Shown in pieces: positions 36,597 to 45,592 of a DNA stretch of 64,000 nucleotides. The notes beneath the pieces were generated by a model, which was not told the origin of the DNA, ran no database searches, and saw only the letters and a program-made list of their open reading frames with translations. Every line of letters starts with the position of its first letter. Position 1 is the first letter of the stretch. Made by a program: the position numbers and the translations under genes. Source of the stretch: a virus (taxonomy: Duplodnaviria; Caudoviricetes); IMG/VR virus record IMGVR_UViG_651324073_000003, positions 25,062-89,061 of that record; one strand, 5' to 3'.

Positions 36597-38083
36597 CAGA
36601 GGATCGTCGCCGGAATAATTGCCATCTCCTCGATGATCACGTCGCCGGCAACTCCTGATGGGCTCGCCAACGTGTACGGGCGGGCCTTGAACTGTGGCGC
36701 GACAGTCGTCGCACCCTCGGGAATCACAATCGCGGGCGTCTCGAATGTGAGGGTCCGACCGATCAATGCCGGGTCAGCACCGAAATCAGCGCTCTGCTCC
36801 ACCCCGTAAACCTCGCCACCTGAGAACGATGCCTGCAGGTAGAGCATGCTGATATTGACCAGCGCGTTTATGCGCACTCGACATACGCAGCGCACGACGC
36901 CAGACCCACCAGCGTTCGCCGGCAGAGCGAATGTTTTACTGGCTGTCAGCTGATTAGAGGTGATGTTCGAGGCACCTGGGATGCTCCAGACGATCCGCTG
37001 CTGGTCGTCCGTAGTCTTACTCGCGGTTGCTGTGACTCCAGCATCAGCGATGATCGTATAGCCGGCTGCAACCACAGAGCCGCCTTGCAGGCCGGTCGCG
37101 GTACCGCCTGAGCCGGCCAGCCGGGTGTTCGCGGACAGGTCACGGTCCGCGTATGAGCCACCCTCACCGAACAGGCCGTGCAGCGTGTCGAGTGCATAGA
37201 CTGCGGCACTCACCCGGCGCGATGCGTTGGGGTGTATCCCGTCGGTCGCCCAGCCCGCAAGCGGAGGTCGGCTGGTGACAGCAGTGGCATCAAGCCACGG
37301 CGTCGAAAAGTCGATGTACGCCTCGCCCAGATCTTTTTTGACATACGCAAGCAGGCCATCAAAAACGGCTGCGCGCCCGGTGGTGTTGAACGACGTCGAC
37401 GGAACGCTGGTGCAGATGATCGGCACCGCACCGAAACCTCGCACCAGAGAGACCGCGAAGCGCGTCCAGGCCATCAGCTGTGCAAGCGTTGCATCTGCCG
37501 CGATGTCGTTCTCGTACAGATGCAGAGCGACGTAATTCGGTCGCGTGCGCTGCAGTACATCGGCCAGGTCGAACAGCATTTCCCCCAGCCGCGATCCTCC
37601 ATAGCCATACCCACGCAAGACCTCGACCGGCATGCCGAGCAACATGACCGCAGCGGAGATCGGACCAATGTTCTGACGAATCGGAAATGCGCGTGCCGTC
37701 GTGTAAGCGCTGATCGATGCACTGGCGCGGACCAGCTTTGGCAAGGGCTGTGCCAGCGTGACATTGTTACCGGCAGGGGCTCCGGAAACTGTCGTGGCAA
37801 ACACACTGCCTTCGTACAAACCGACAGCAATCTTCGATCCATCCGTGATACCCGCGACTGATGCGAGCGCCAACACATTTGAGCCGGCATTGGCTGCGGC
37901 GGTCGTGTACGTGGTTTGCTGTGCCAGCGATGACGTCGACTGCGATGCAATACTGTTCCCGTAGATCAGTAGCCTTTTCCGGTCTGCGCCCTGCGGGGTG
38001 GCGCCTGCAGCGCGCACTACATCTTGAGCTTGTCGCGGGCTGCTACGCAGCGCCGGCCGCCCGAACCGATCCAGCCCGCTCAC
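36596..38083 (-). CDS. SGNH/GDSL hydrolase-domain protein with beta-rich accessory domains
   Basis: YGNS (block I), GYGGS (II), YEND (III), DGIHP (V). Confidence 0.8.
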   Translation of the reverse strand: MSGLDRFGRPALRSSPRQAQDVVRAAGATPQGADRKRLLIYGNSIASQSTSSLAQQTTYTTAAANAGSNVLALASVAGITDGSKIAVGLYEGSVFATTVSGAPAGNNVTLAQPLPKLVRASASISAYTTARAFPIRQNIGPISAAVMLLGMPVEVLRGYGYGGSRLGEMLFDLADVLQRTRPNYVALHLYENDIAADATLAQLMAWTRFAVSLVRGFGAVPIICTSVPSTSFNTTGRAAVFDGLLAYVKKDLGEAYIDFSTPWLDATAVTSRPPLAGWATDGIHPNASRRVSAAVYALDTLHGLFGEGGSYADRDLSANTRLAGSGGTATGLQGGSVVAAGYTIIADAGVTATASKTTDDQQRIVWSIPGASNITSNQLTASKTFALPANAGGSGVVRCVCRVRINALVNISMLYLQASFSGGEVYGVEQSADFGADPALIGRTLTFETPAIVIPEGATTVAPQFKARPYTLASPSGVAGDVIIEEMAIIPATIL

Positions 38084-38463
38084 GACTTCACCTCATAACC
38101 ACCCGCCTCGACACTCAGCACAGCGCCCGCACCACTTGCCCAGACCTGCAGTTCCGCGCTGTCCGAGACATTCACGCCAAGACGTGCCGCCACGCCCGCA
38201 CCCAGGGTGTTCAGTGCAACCGCAGCCGGGCGGAAGATGACCAGGCCGTCCTCAACCGTCCAGCTGCCGACCGGCAGCGGGTCGGCCGGCGCGCCCTTGG
38301 CGACCGCGGCGCGCAGTTCGAAACCAGTGAGCGGGGAGGCGCCGGTGTTGGCCAGGCGCAGCGACAACACGTCGAGGTTGGCGACCTCGAAGCTACGCAC
38401 CAGGCTGAGTGCGGCGCCGAGGCCTACGGCCTTGGCACCGCCGAAGTTGTCCACGTATTTCAA
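38080..38463 (-). CDS. Hypothetical beta-rich protein coupled to the SGNH gene
   Basis: 127 aa; GTGA overlap. Confidence 0.65.
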   Translation of the reverse strand: MKYVDNFGGAKAVGLGAALSLVRSFEVANLDVLSLRLANTGASPLTGFELRAAVAKGAPADPLPVGSWTVEDGLVIFRPAAVALNTLGAGVAARLGVNVSDSAELQVWASGAGAVLSVEAGGYEVKS

Positions 38464-38527
38464 GGGCGGCTCCTGATGGTGTGAGGCCGCCTTATGGCGG
38501 CCTGGTGTGTCGGGGACGTGATGCGGA

Positions 38528-38995
38528 CTACTCGATGGCGAGCACCGACAGCAGCGGCTCGGCCAGCAGCGCCTGCAGTTGATCGTCGGTCAGCTCATCG
38601 GCCGGCACGGCGGTCGGCTCGGGCGGCCAGAAGCGGCCGGCGCGCCAGAGGCCGCGGTCGCGGCGCTTGCATTCGATGACCCAGCCGGAGATGCGCACGG
38701 CCTCCCCCCCCTTGATCTCGCTGTCGGGGTCGGCGGTCACGGTGCCGCCCGTGCCCGGCTCGGCGTCGAGCTGCTTGCCCGTCGTCGCGGGCGCGGTTTC
38801 GGTAACCGGGTCGGTGGATGCGGCAGGCGCGCCTTCGGCGGCCGCTTCGCCGGTCGCCATCGGGGCGGTGCCGGCAACGGCCTCCGCGCCGGCGACGGGA
38901 GCAGCCGGCTTCGTGGTGTCGCCGGCACTGGCGCCCGGCGCCTGCGTGGCGGCCTGCTGGGCGGCGGTCTTCTTTTCTGCGGGGGTCTTGGCCAT
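38528..38995 (-). CDS. Mu gp35 / HI1506-like protein
   Basis: Low-complexity N-terminus; GLWRAGRFW, LTDDQLQALLAEPLLSV. Confidence 0.8.
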   Translation of the reverse strand: MAKTPAEKKTAAQQAATQAPGASAGDTTKPAAPVAGAEAVAGTAPMATGEAAAEGAPAASTDPVTETAPATTGKQLDAEPGTGGTVTADPDSEIKGGEAVRISGWVIECKRRDRGLWRAGRFWPPEPTAVPADELTDDQLQALLAEPLLSVLAIE

Positions 38996-39085
38996 GCTCT
39001 GATCTCCTGTCTGCCCGCCCACTCCGCCGGGTACCTCTTGCCCGGCGGGTGTGCGTACTGGCTCTCGCGGGGTGTATGGGGTGGA

Positions 39086-40123
39086 TCAGGCCAGCCAGGG
39101 CACGACCAGGACGTCGACGACGTCGCGGTTGATGTTGGTGGCGCCGTTCGCGTTGCGCTCCGCCTTGACCACGGTCAGCGCGGCTTCGCGGTTGCTCGGG
39201 CCGCACACCAGCAGATTGGGCAGCACGCCCAGCGGCTCGCCGGCTTCGTCCTTGAAGGCACCCATGGCGGCGTAGCCGGCATTGAAATTGGTCGCGTCCA
39301 GCGCGGCCTTCGAGGCGAAGGCCATCTGCCAGAAGCCGTAACCGACATTGCAGCGGCCATCGGTGCCATAGCGGTACTCGGCGCGGGTGAACACCATCTC
39401 GTCATCCGGCTTGACCATCGGGATGAACTCGAAGGGCTTGCGCTCCTGGTAGATGAGCGGCTTGAGGCTGTGGCGGGTATCGAGCAGGAACCACGGGTTG
39501 CCGGCGCCCGCCTGCACGTTGCTGACCACGCCCTGGCCCACCGGGTGATCGTTGTCGAAGAAGTACTGGCCGTCGTAGCACAGGGTGGTGAAGCCGTCCT
39601 TCAGCAGGCCGAACACGAGCTTGTCCGGGAACTGGCGCACGCGCTGCCCCATGTCCTGCATCAGCGGGGTGTAGATGCCGTACTGGTCATCCTCGATCTT
39701 GTCGCGCTTCACGCCGACGGTGAGCTCGTAGCTCTTGTTCTTGATCGTGTAACCGGATTCCGCCAGACCGCGCACCACCCGGTCACCCACCCATTCACGG
39801 ATCGCCGGCATGTCACCCAGCCAGGCGTAGTCCTCCTGACTGGTGGTGCTGGGCACACGGGTAGCGATCTGGTCCCACTGCGGCGCTACGCCGTCGAAGC
39901 CCTTCTTGAACGCGGCCTTGAACCCGGTGAAGAGGTTGCGCAGCACGTTGGCGTCGACGGTGACGCCCAGCAGGCCGAGGCCGGCCAGCGGGCCGAGGTC
40001 GCCCAGGGTGAGCGCGGCGGCCGAGGCGTCGGGCACCGGCATGTGGATGATCGCGGCGACGATGGCCACTGCGAAGACGGCCAGCCACAGTGCGGGCTGG
40101 CGGAACAGTTGGGCGAGTTTCAT
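39086..40123 (-). CDS. Major capsid protein (Mu gpT)
   Basis: YAWLGDMPAIREWVGDR, IEDDQYGIY, CYDGQYFFDNDHPV, KPLIYQERK, YGFWQMAF. Confidence 0.95.
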   Translation of the reverse strand: MKLAQLFRQPALWLAVFAVAIVAAIIHMPVPDASAAALTLGDLGPLAGLGLLGVTVDANVLRNLFTGFKAAFKKGFDGVAPQWDQIATRVPSTTSQEDYAWLGDMPAIREWVGDRVVRGLAESGYTIKNKSYELTVGVKRDKIEDDQYGIYTPLMQDMGQRVRQFPDKLVFGLLKDGFTTLCYDGQYFFDNDHPVGQGVVSNVQAGAGNPWFLLDTRHSLKPLIYQERKPFEFIPMVKPDDEMVFTRAEYRYGTDGRCNVGYGFWQMAFASKAALDATNFNAGYAAMGAFKDEAGEPLGVLPNLLVCGPSNREAALTVVKAERNANGATNINRDVVDVLVVPWLA

Positions 40124-40172
40124 GAGGCGGAGCTCCTGGTGGTCGAGGGGGCGATGCGGTTCAGGGGGCGGG

Positions 40173-40580
40173 TCAGATCTCGACCCAGACGCCGTCGGCG
40201 GTCACGTCGCGGATCTTCCCGGCGACCGAGCGCGTGCTGCCGCCGTTGGTGAGCGCCACGGTCTGGTCATCGACGATGTAGCAGTCGGAGCCGACATCCT
40301 TCAGCGCGATCAGGTCGGTCGAGGTGCTGTTGGCGAACGGGAAGCAGCCGCGCTTGACCTTGACGGTGATCGCGCTGGCGGCGCCGGCGCTGTTGTCGGC
40401 CGTCTCTTCAGCGATGCCGACGCACTTGAGCGTGGTTGCGACCGCGCCCTTGGTGGCCAGGCTGGACGCGTTGATGCAGACCAGCGCGCCGCGGAAGATC
40501 TTGGTCGCAGCGGCGACGGGGAACTCGAAGCGGTCCGCGTCGCGCTGGGGGGTGAGGCGTTCTTCGGTGAGGGCGGCCAT
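40173..40580 (-). CDS. Capsid decoration/cement protein (DUF2190-like)
   Basis: PVAAATKIFRG, GIAEETADNS, YIVDDQTV, GVWVEI. Confidence 0.75.
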   Translation of the reverse strand: MAALTEERLTPQRDADRFEFPVAAATKIFRGALVCINASSLATKGAVATTLKCVGIAEETADNSAGAASAITVKVKRGCFPFANSTSTDLIALKDVGSDCYIVDDQTVALTNGGSTRSVAGKIRDVTADGVWVEI

Positions 40581-40625
40581 GTGGGCGGTCTCCGTTGAGG
40601 TGATAGAGGCGTCGCAGGGCTCGGC

Positions 40626-41711
40626 TTACGCCTTGGCCTTCGCGAAGTCGGCCGGGTCCAGACCCATGGCCGTGCAGACGGCCAGCTCGCCGGCATCGAG
40701 CTGCGCGGCCCGCCCGCCTTCCGGCTTCTTGCCGCCGGTCTGGGTCTGGCCGGGCACCACCACCGGGGCAGCGGCGCCGATGTAGGCGCGCAGTGCGGCG
40801 ACATCCTTCTTGCCGAGGTCACGCGCCCAGGCTTCGAGCGCGGGCGGGATCTTCCCGGCCGCCATGGCGTCGGCGACCAGCTTGTCGACTTCACCGCCGG
40901 TGACCTGGGCAGTCAGCGCGGCCAGCTGGCCCTGCAGTTCGGTCACTGCGGCAACCGGTACGTACTTGGCGGGGTCGGGGCCGGCGGCGGTCAGCGCGGC
41001 CACCTGGCCTTCGAGGGTGGTCTTCTCACCGGTGAGCGCGGCGACCCGCGTCGCCAGTTCGTCGTGCTTGGTCTTGAGGGCGGTCACGGCCGTGAGCGCG
41101 GTGGCTTCGGCGGTGCCGGCCGGCAGGCCGAGTGCGGCCACCAGGGATGCGAGCAGATCCATGTCGGGGAACTCCGTGTGTTGGGCGATGAGCGCAGTGA
41201 GGGCGGCAGACAACTCCGGCAGCGCGCCCAGGCCGGGGTTGTTGGTGAGGGCGACCGGAAACAGCCGGTTCGGCGTGCCGTCCGGGTCGTAGGTGAAAAC
41301 CGGGGAGAGATAGCGGTACTCGCTGGCGGCGATCATCGCTGCGGCGCGATCCGTCCAGCGCACGTCGGTGGCCCACAGGCCGGAGCCTTCGCGCCATTCG
41401 AGACGGGAGAACCAGCCGGCCGCAGGCGCCGGCACGCCGGCGGTCTGCGCGACCAGCGTCTGGTGCTCGTAGTCGATAACGGTGTCGGCGCCGCGGGCGC
41501 CGATCTGTGCGATGAGCCGCGCAGCCGCAGCGGCATCCATGCGCCAGCCGGCCGGCACGTCCTGCGGGCGGCCGCTGCCGTCGGTGGCACGGAAGCGACC
41601 GGCCGGCAGCAGCATGATCTCGGTGGGCGCGCGGCCGTCCGCGCCGAGCGTGATGCTCAGGGCGGCGAAACGGGCCGGCGGGACCGGTGCGGAAGGGGCT
41701 TTGCGAGGCAT
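40626..41711 (-). CDS. Prohead protease/scaffold (Mu gpI/Z)
   Basis: IMLLPAG, VIDYEHQT, PAAGW, EYRYLSPVF, ALTNNP. Confidence 0.93.
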   Translation of the reverse strand: MPRKAPSAPVPPARFAALSITLGADGRAPTEIMLLPAGRFRATDGSGRPQDVPAGWRMDAAAAARLIAQIGARGADTVIDYEHQTLVAQTAGVPAPAAGWFSRLEWREGSGLWATDVRWTDRAAAMIAASEYRYLSPVFTYDPDGTPNRLFPVALTNNPGLGALPELSAALTALIAQHTEFPDMDLLASLVAALGLPAGTAEATALTAVTALKTKHDELATRVAALTGEKTTLEGQVAALTAAGPDPAKYVPVAAVTELQGQLAALTAQVTGGEVDKLVADAMAAGKIPPALEAWARDLGKKDVAALRAYIGAAAPVVVPGQTQTGGKKPEGGRAAQLDAGELAVCTAMGLDPADFAKAKA

Positions 41712-41718
41712 GTCGCAC

Positions 41719-41762
41719 ATCGTGTGCGACAGGCCGGGAGGCTTACCCCATGAACGGGTTCA
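41719..41762 (-). promoter_or_regulatory. Activator-dependent late promoter (PI equivalent)
   Basis: TGAACGGGTTCA at 41751-41762, 26 bp from -10 CACGAT. Confidence 0.7.
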
Positions 41763-41974
41763 GAGGGTCATCACCACGCGCGGCTGCGACTGCGGTCAAC
41801 GTATCACGACACTCAACCCGGCACCACGACCCTCGTGCGCCCGAAAATGCCCCGTTACTCCCCCGTTACTCGGGCCGCCATTGCGCGATCGGATGTCTGG
41901 ACGGCCGACGATAGCTGCGCGGGGTAGCAAACGCGCTTGGCGGGGCTGTAAAGCGGCTCAGAATCGATTGCGGC

Positions 41975-42190
41975 TCAACGGCGCGGGTTTGCGAGCTGAT
42001 CGCACGGCCGTGCAGGCATTTCGTCACCGGCCGCCCCAAGCAACCAGGCTTGCACCTCCCGCCCCCACTTCAATTCACACTCTTCGCACGTCGCGCACCC
42101 GTTTCCGTGGTCGTACCAGTGCATCTCTTCGAGCGTGAGCCCAGCGCCGCAACCTGCGCAGGTCGGCGCGATCGGAATGCGGTCAGCCAT
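41975..42190 (-). CDS. Small zinc-finger protein (71 aa)
   Basis: CAGC...CATCEEC; overlaps gpG stop. Confidence 0.55.
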   Translation of the reverse strand: MADRIPIAPTCAGCGAGLTLEEMHWYDHGNGCATCEECELKWGREVQAWLLGAAGDEMPARPCDQLANPRR

Positions 42191-42704
42191 CGGTGATCGT
42201 CCGCAGCCAGGCCTGCACGTCGCTGTCGATGGCCCTCGCGGCCTCGGGCTGCAGGCGACCGTTCTTGTCCGCCGGCAGGAAGGGGCGGGCCGGGATCTTG
42301 CTGCCGGGGTGATTCACCTTCTTCACCACGCGACCATTGAATGCCAGCGCCTTCTTGTAGCGCGGGCGGATGACGTGCGGCGCGGTCTCCCCGCCTAACT
42401 GGTGGATCGCCGCATACGCAACATTGCTGCCGATGCGGGCGAAATCATCGCCGTAGTCGCCGAGCACGCTTGCCGCCAGGCGGCCGGAGGCCTGCAGGAT
42501 CTGCGCACCGGCGCCTCGCTTCGCCCGCGTGGCGGGGTGCAGGCCGAGCCAGGCCGGCCTGCCCTGGGCGGCGAAGTTCGCCTCCGTCTCGCTCTCCAGC
42601 GTGCCGGCGATCTCACGCATCAGTTCACGTGGGCGGCGCGTGTTGTCGACCACGTTGCGCAGCGCGGCCAGGGCGTCGGCCGCTTGTATCTCGACTTCAA
42701 ACAT
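42183..42704 (-). CDS. Virion morphogenesis protein (Mu gpG)
   Basis: NFAAQGRP.W, ILQASGRL, VGSN-like IGSNVAYAAIHQLGG, IPARPFL. Confidence 0.93.
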   Translation of the reverse strand: MFEVEIQAADALAALRNVVDNTRRPRELMREIAGTLESETEANFAAQGRPAWLGLHPATRAKRGAGAQILQASGRLAASVLGDYGDDFARIGSNVAYAAIHQLGGETAPHVIRPRYKKALAFNGRVVKKVNHPGSKIPARPFLPADKNGRLQPEAARAIDSDVQAWLRTITDG

Positions 42705-42720
42705 CGCTATCCTCCCGACA

Positions 42721-42812
42721 TCCGTGGTGACCGCTGGGAATCAGACGGCGAGCCAGCGACCGCAGCCCGCAAAGGGCAAAGTGATGGTGGACAGCCGGCC
42801 ACCCGCCACGGA
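42721..42812 (-). ncRNA. Candidate four-way-junction structured RNA between gpF and gpG
   Basis: 7-bp closing stem (42721-27/42806-12) enclosing three hairpins, by manual pairing only. Confidence 0.35.
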
Positions 42813-42823
42813 ACCCCCGCCCT

Positions 42824-44143
42824 TCATCGCACCACCATGACCATGGGCACGAAGCGCTCTGTATCCGTGAAGCGCGCCGCCGGCACCCGGTAGGCATTCA
42901 CCACCGCATCCACCCGCCCCACCTTCTTCTCCGCGCGCCCCGCTGTGATCGGCAGGAACACCGCCATATCGCCCTCGAGCCAGCGCACGAGCACGATGTT
43001 GCCGTGGTCTCGATCCCAGAACACCGCATCGGGCTTTGCCACGATGCCCGGCAGCATGGCGTAGTCGTCCGGCTCCAGCCGGATGCCGCCCGCCTCGTGC
43101 CGCGCGCTGTCGGCGTGCAGCAGCTGCTTCTCGGTCATCACCGCCACGCGGGTGGCCCGCGCGTCACCCATGCGGCGGGCGAAGTCGGCGATGCCGTCAT
43201 CGACGAAGCCGAGCACCTGGCCGACGTGGCCAGCGCGGCGCACCGCCTCGCCACGGCTGCTGGTCACCTGCGACACGAAGTCGCGCCAGGCGCCGGCACG
43301 CGCCGGGCTGTTGTTCAACGCCTGCCAGGTCTGCATCCGGATGTCGGGCGACTGGATGGCCTGTACGGTGCGAGCGAGCGCCACGTCGCGGCCCCAGCTG
43401 CCGGCAGGCGCGTGGTCGAAGCCGGGGTCGGGGGCGAACAGCTCGCGGGTCAGCGGGTCGCGGTAGCCGGTGACAGCCAGCTTGCCGCGACGCGGGCCGA
43501 GGTCGATATCGACCGTCTCCATCTGCCCTTCACCCCGCGACAGCGCCAGGCCCTCGGCCGTCATCTCGTCATCGGTTAGGGCGCGCACGCGGCAACGGCA
43601 GTTGTAACCGTTCGGCGGGTACAGCGCCGCCCAGGCCGGATCATCCCATCTGAACACCCGGCCATTCAGGCTGCGATGGCGCGGCCGGGTGCGGTTGTCC
43701 AGCACCGCCACATACATCCAGTTCGGCCGGCGGTCGCTGTTCTCCACCATGGCCTTGTACCGCCCGGCCATATAGGCCGCCTGGGTGTTGGTGCGGAACA
43801 CGGTTTCCAGGTGCCGCGGCCGCAGACCACGGCCCGGCAGGATCTCGCCAGTAGCCGGATCGGTGACGTGCTTGCCCAGCCAGCCCTTCGCGGCCAGCTG
43901 CGGGCGCAACGTCTTGAGCCAGTCTTGATACGTGATGCCGTCGGCCACGGCCCGGTCGATCGACGCCCGGATGTCCTGCAGCACGTCGGCGCGGGTCACG
44001 GCCGCGACCGAGAACGCGCCGGCACGCGCTGCCGCTGCTGTCTCACGCCAGTCCGCACCGATGCGCATGCCGCGCGAGCGGAAGTACTCGACGGCGCGCT
44101 CGGGCGCGAGGTTCATTGCGAGGGAGAAACGGGCTGAAGACAT
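42824..44143 (-). CDS. Head morphogenesis protein MuF/gp30 with C-terminal PBECR-like nuclease extension
   Basis: RHLETVFRTNTQAAYMAGR, YVAVLDNRTRPRH, YPPNGYNCRCRV; extra about 170-aa C-terminus (KQLLH, DYAMLP.IVAKPDAVFWD). Confidence 0.88.
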   Translation of the reverse strand: MSSARFSLAMNLAPERAVEYFRSRGMRIGADWRETAAAARAGAFSVAAVTRADVLQDIRASIDRAVADGITYQDWLKTLRPQLAAKGWLGKHVTDPATGEILPGRGLRPRHLETVFRTNTQAAYMAGRYKAMVENSDRRPNWMYVAVLDNRTRPRHRSLNGRVFRWDDPAWAALYPPNGYNCRCRVRALTDDEMTAEGLALSRGEGQMETVDIDLGPRRGKLAVTGYRDPLTRELFAPDPGFDHAPAGSWGRDVALARTVQAIQSPDIRMQTWQALNNSPARAGAWRDFVSQVTSSRGEAVRRAGHVGQVLGFVDDGIADFARRMGDARATRVAVMTEKQLLHADSARHEAGGIRLEPDDYAMLPGIVAKPDAVFWDRDHGNIVLVRWLEGDMAVFLPITAGRAEKKVGRVDAVVNAYRVPAARFTDTERFVPMVMVVR

Positions 44144-44392
44144 CGCATACCTACTCAGATCGATAACGCCGCGGCGTGTCTGAAACGCGACGACCGCAAA
44201 TTCCTCAGTAGCGGCTTATTCATAAAGTCATACCACGAAGAATCGCCTGCCAAATTGGGCCACGAGCCAAACAATCGCCCCTCCGACTTGACAATCTCAG
44301 ACTCTGGGGTAGGGTCTTTATATGAAAACCATACGTCAAACTGCCGCGCTTAAAATCCCAAAACACAAGGAAGAAAATATTTTAGCCAGCTA

Positions 44393-44420
44393 TTGACAAC
44401 GAAGGAATCGGTTGTATAAC
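44393..44420 (+). promoter_or_regulatory. sigma70-type promoter of AT-rich moron
   Basis: TTGACA-16-TATAAC; AAGGA SD before ATG 44465. Confidence 0.6.
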
Positions 44421-44464
44421 AAGTAAGAGTGGCGATTCTCTCAGGCAACCAAAAGGACTTTTAA

Positions 44465-44662
44465 ATGATTAAAGGACTGAGTTTACAAGATATTATTTCA
44501 ATTGCAGGAATTTCGATCGAGCTAATTAGAATTACCATGCAATCAATCGAAGGATTTAATTCAAATCAAAATAACTGCTGGCATTACCCCTGCAGAAATT
44601 GCAAATATAGGAATAAGAGCAAATGGCATCGACTGCGCCGGAAATGCTGTTGCAAATGGTGA
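44465..44662 (+). CDS. Small Cys-rich basic peptide or frameshifted remnant (AT-rich moron)
   Basis: 65 aa, promoter and SD upstream; an alternative +1 frame tail runs to 44674. Confidence 0.4.
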   Translation: MIKGLSLQDIISIAGISIELIRITMQSIEGFNSNQNNCWHYPCRNCKYRNKSKWHRLRRKCCCKW

Positions 44663-44671
44663 ATCAGGATA

Positions 44672-45571
44672 TTAAGAACCGATGTTCATGTCACCCATCG
44701 CTATGGCCAACCGGGACAGCAGCCGCCCCAGCTCTCCCGCCATGAGCGCGAAATCGCTATCGAAACGCTCGCCCTCATTGCCCGCGTCGTCCTCCTGCTC
44801 GGTCAGCACGTCGAGCGGCGTCACGCGCTTGATGGCGAGGGTTTCGGTCAGCACGAAGGAAATGCGCTCCATCCAGGTGAGCGCCAGCCGCGTGCACTGC
44901 TTGCCCGCTTCGATGTGGCGGCGCACGTCGTCGGTTTCGAGCGCGTGGCGCATGTAACGGACGGTGGCCTTCGACTGGGTGCTGGCGCGCAGTTCGGTGT
45001 CCTGGTCGATGGTGAAACCCTCCGGGGCCTCATCGGCCGCGAGCCAGGCGGTCATCGCGGATACCGGTGACAGCGCGGTCTGCCACGGCCGCGCGCCCAG
45101 CTGCTCGACGCATTCGTTCAGCAGCTGCACCGCTTCGTCACCCTTGGTGCTGGTGCCCGAATCGACCACGATGCGACCGGCCGCCGGGTCAATCCAGACG
45201 CGCGTGTCGCGCTGCACCGGGAAGGCACGCGGCAGCAGCTCGTTCGTGACCGCGTCCTTCAGCTCGCGCATTTCGCGGCGGCCGGGCTTGTAGCCCTGCT
45301 TCTCCTCGACTTCCTGGGCGCGTGCCCGCGTGACCTGGTTGATCACCGCATTCGGCAGCAGCTTCTTCTCGGCGCGCAGCGCCAGCAGGAACTGCCCGCC
45401 CACCTCATGCACCAGGCTGTCGTCATCGCGCGGCGAGATCCAGCCGATGCGCTGCAGCTCGACGCTGCTGCCGGGCTGGAACGCCTTGGCCGCCAGCTTC
45501 TCGGCAAGCTGGGCGGCGCTCAGGGCGAGCGGTGCAGCCAGGGTGTAGATCTGCAGGTTCTTGAAGAACAC
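44672..45571 (-). CDS. rdgC: Recombination-associated protein RdgC inserted in the Mu head module
   Basis: MFFKNLQIY, IGWISPR, EKKLLPNAVI, GYKPGRREMRELKD, LALTWMERISFVL. Confidence 0.95.
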   Translation of the reverse strand: MFFKNLQIYTLAAPLALSAAQLAEKLAAKAFQPGSSVELQRIGWISPRDDDSLVHEVGGQFLLALRAEKKLLPNAVINQVTRARAQEVEEKQGYKPGRREMRELKDAVTNELLPRAFPVQRDTRVWIDPAAGRIVVDSGTSTKGDEAVQLLNECVEQLGARPWQTALSPVSAMTAWLAADEAPEGFTIDQDTELRASTQSKATVRYMRHALETDDVRRHIEAGKQCTRLALTWMERISFVLTETLAIKRVTPLDVLTEQEDDAGNEGERFDSDFALMAGELGRLLSRLAIAMGDMNIGS

Positions 45572-45592
45572 GTCGGATTCCTTTCTGATGGT

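Noticed and set aside
12960-45571. Two rdgC copies as an assembly duplication
   Set aside because: The proteins are clearly divergent, with different N-termini and many substitutions, so they are true homologues rather than a repeat artefact.
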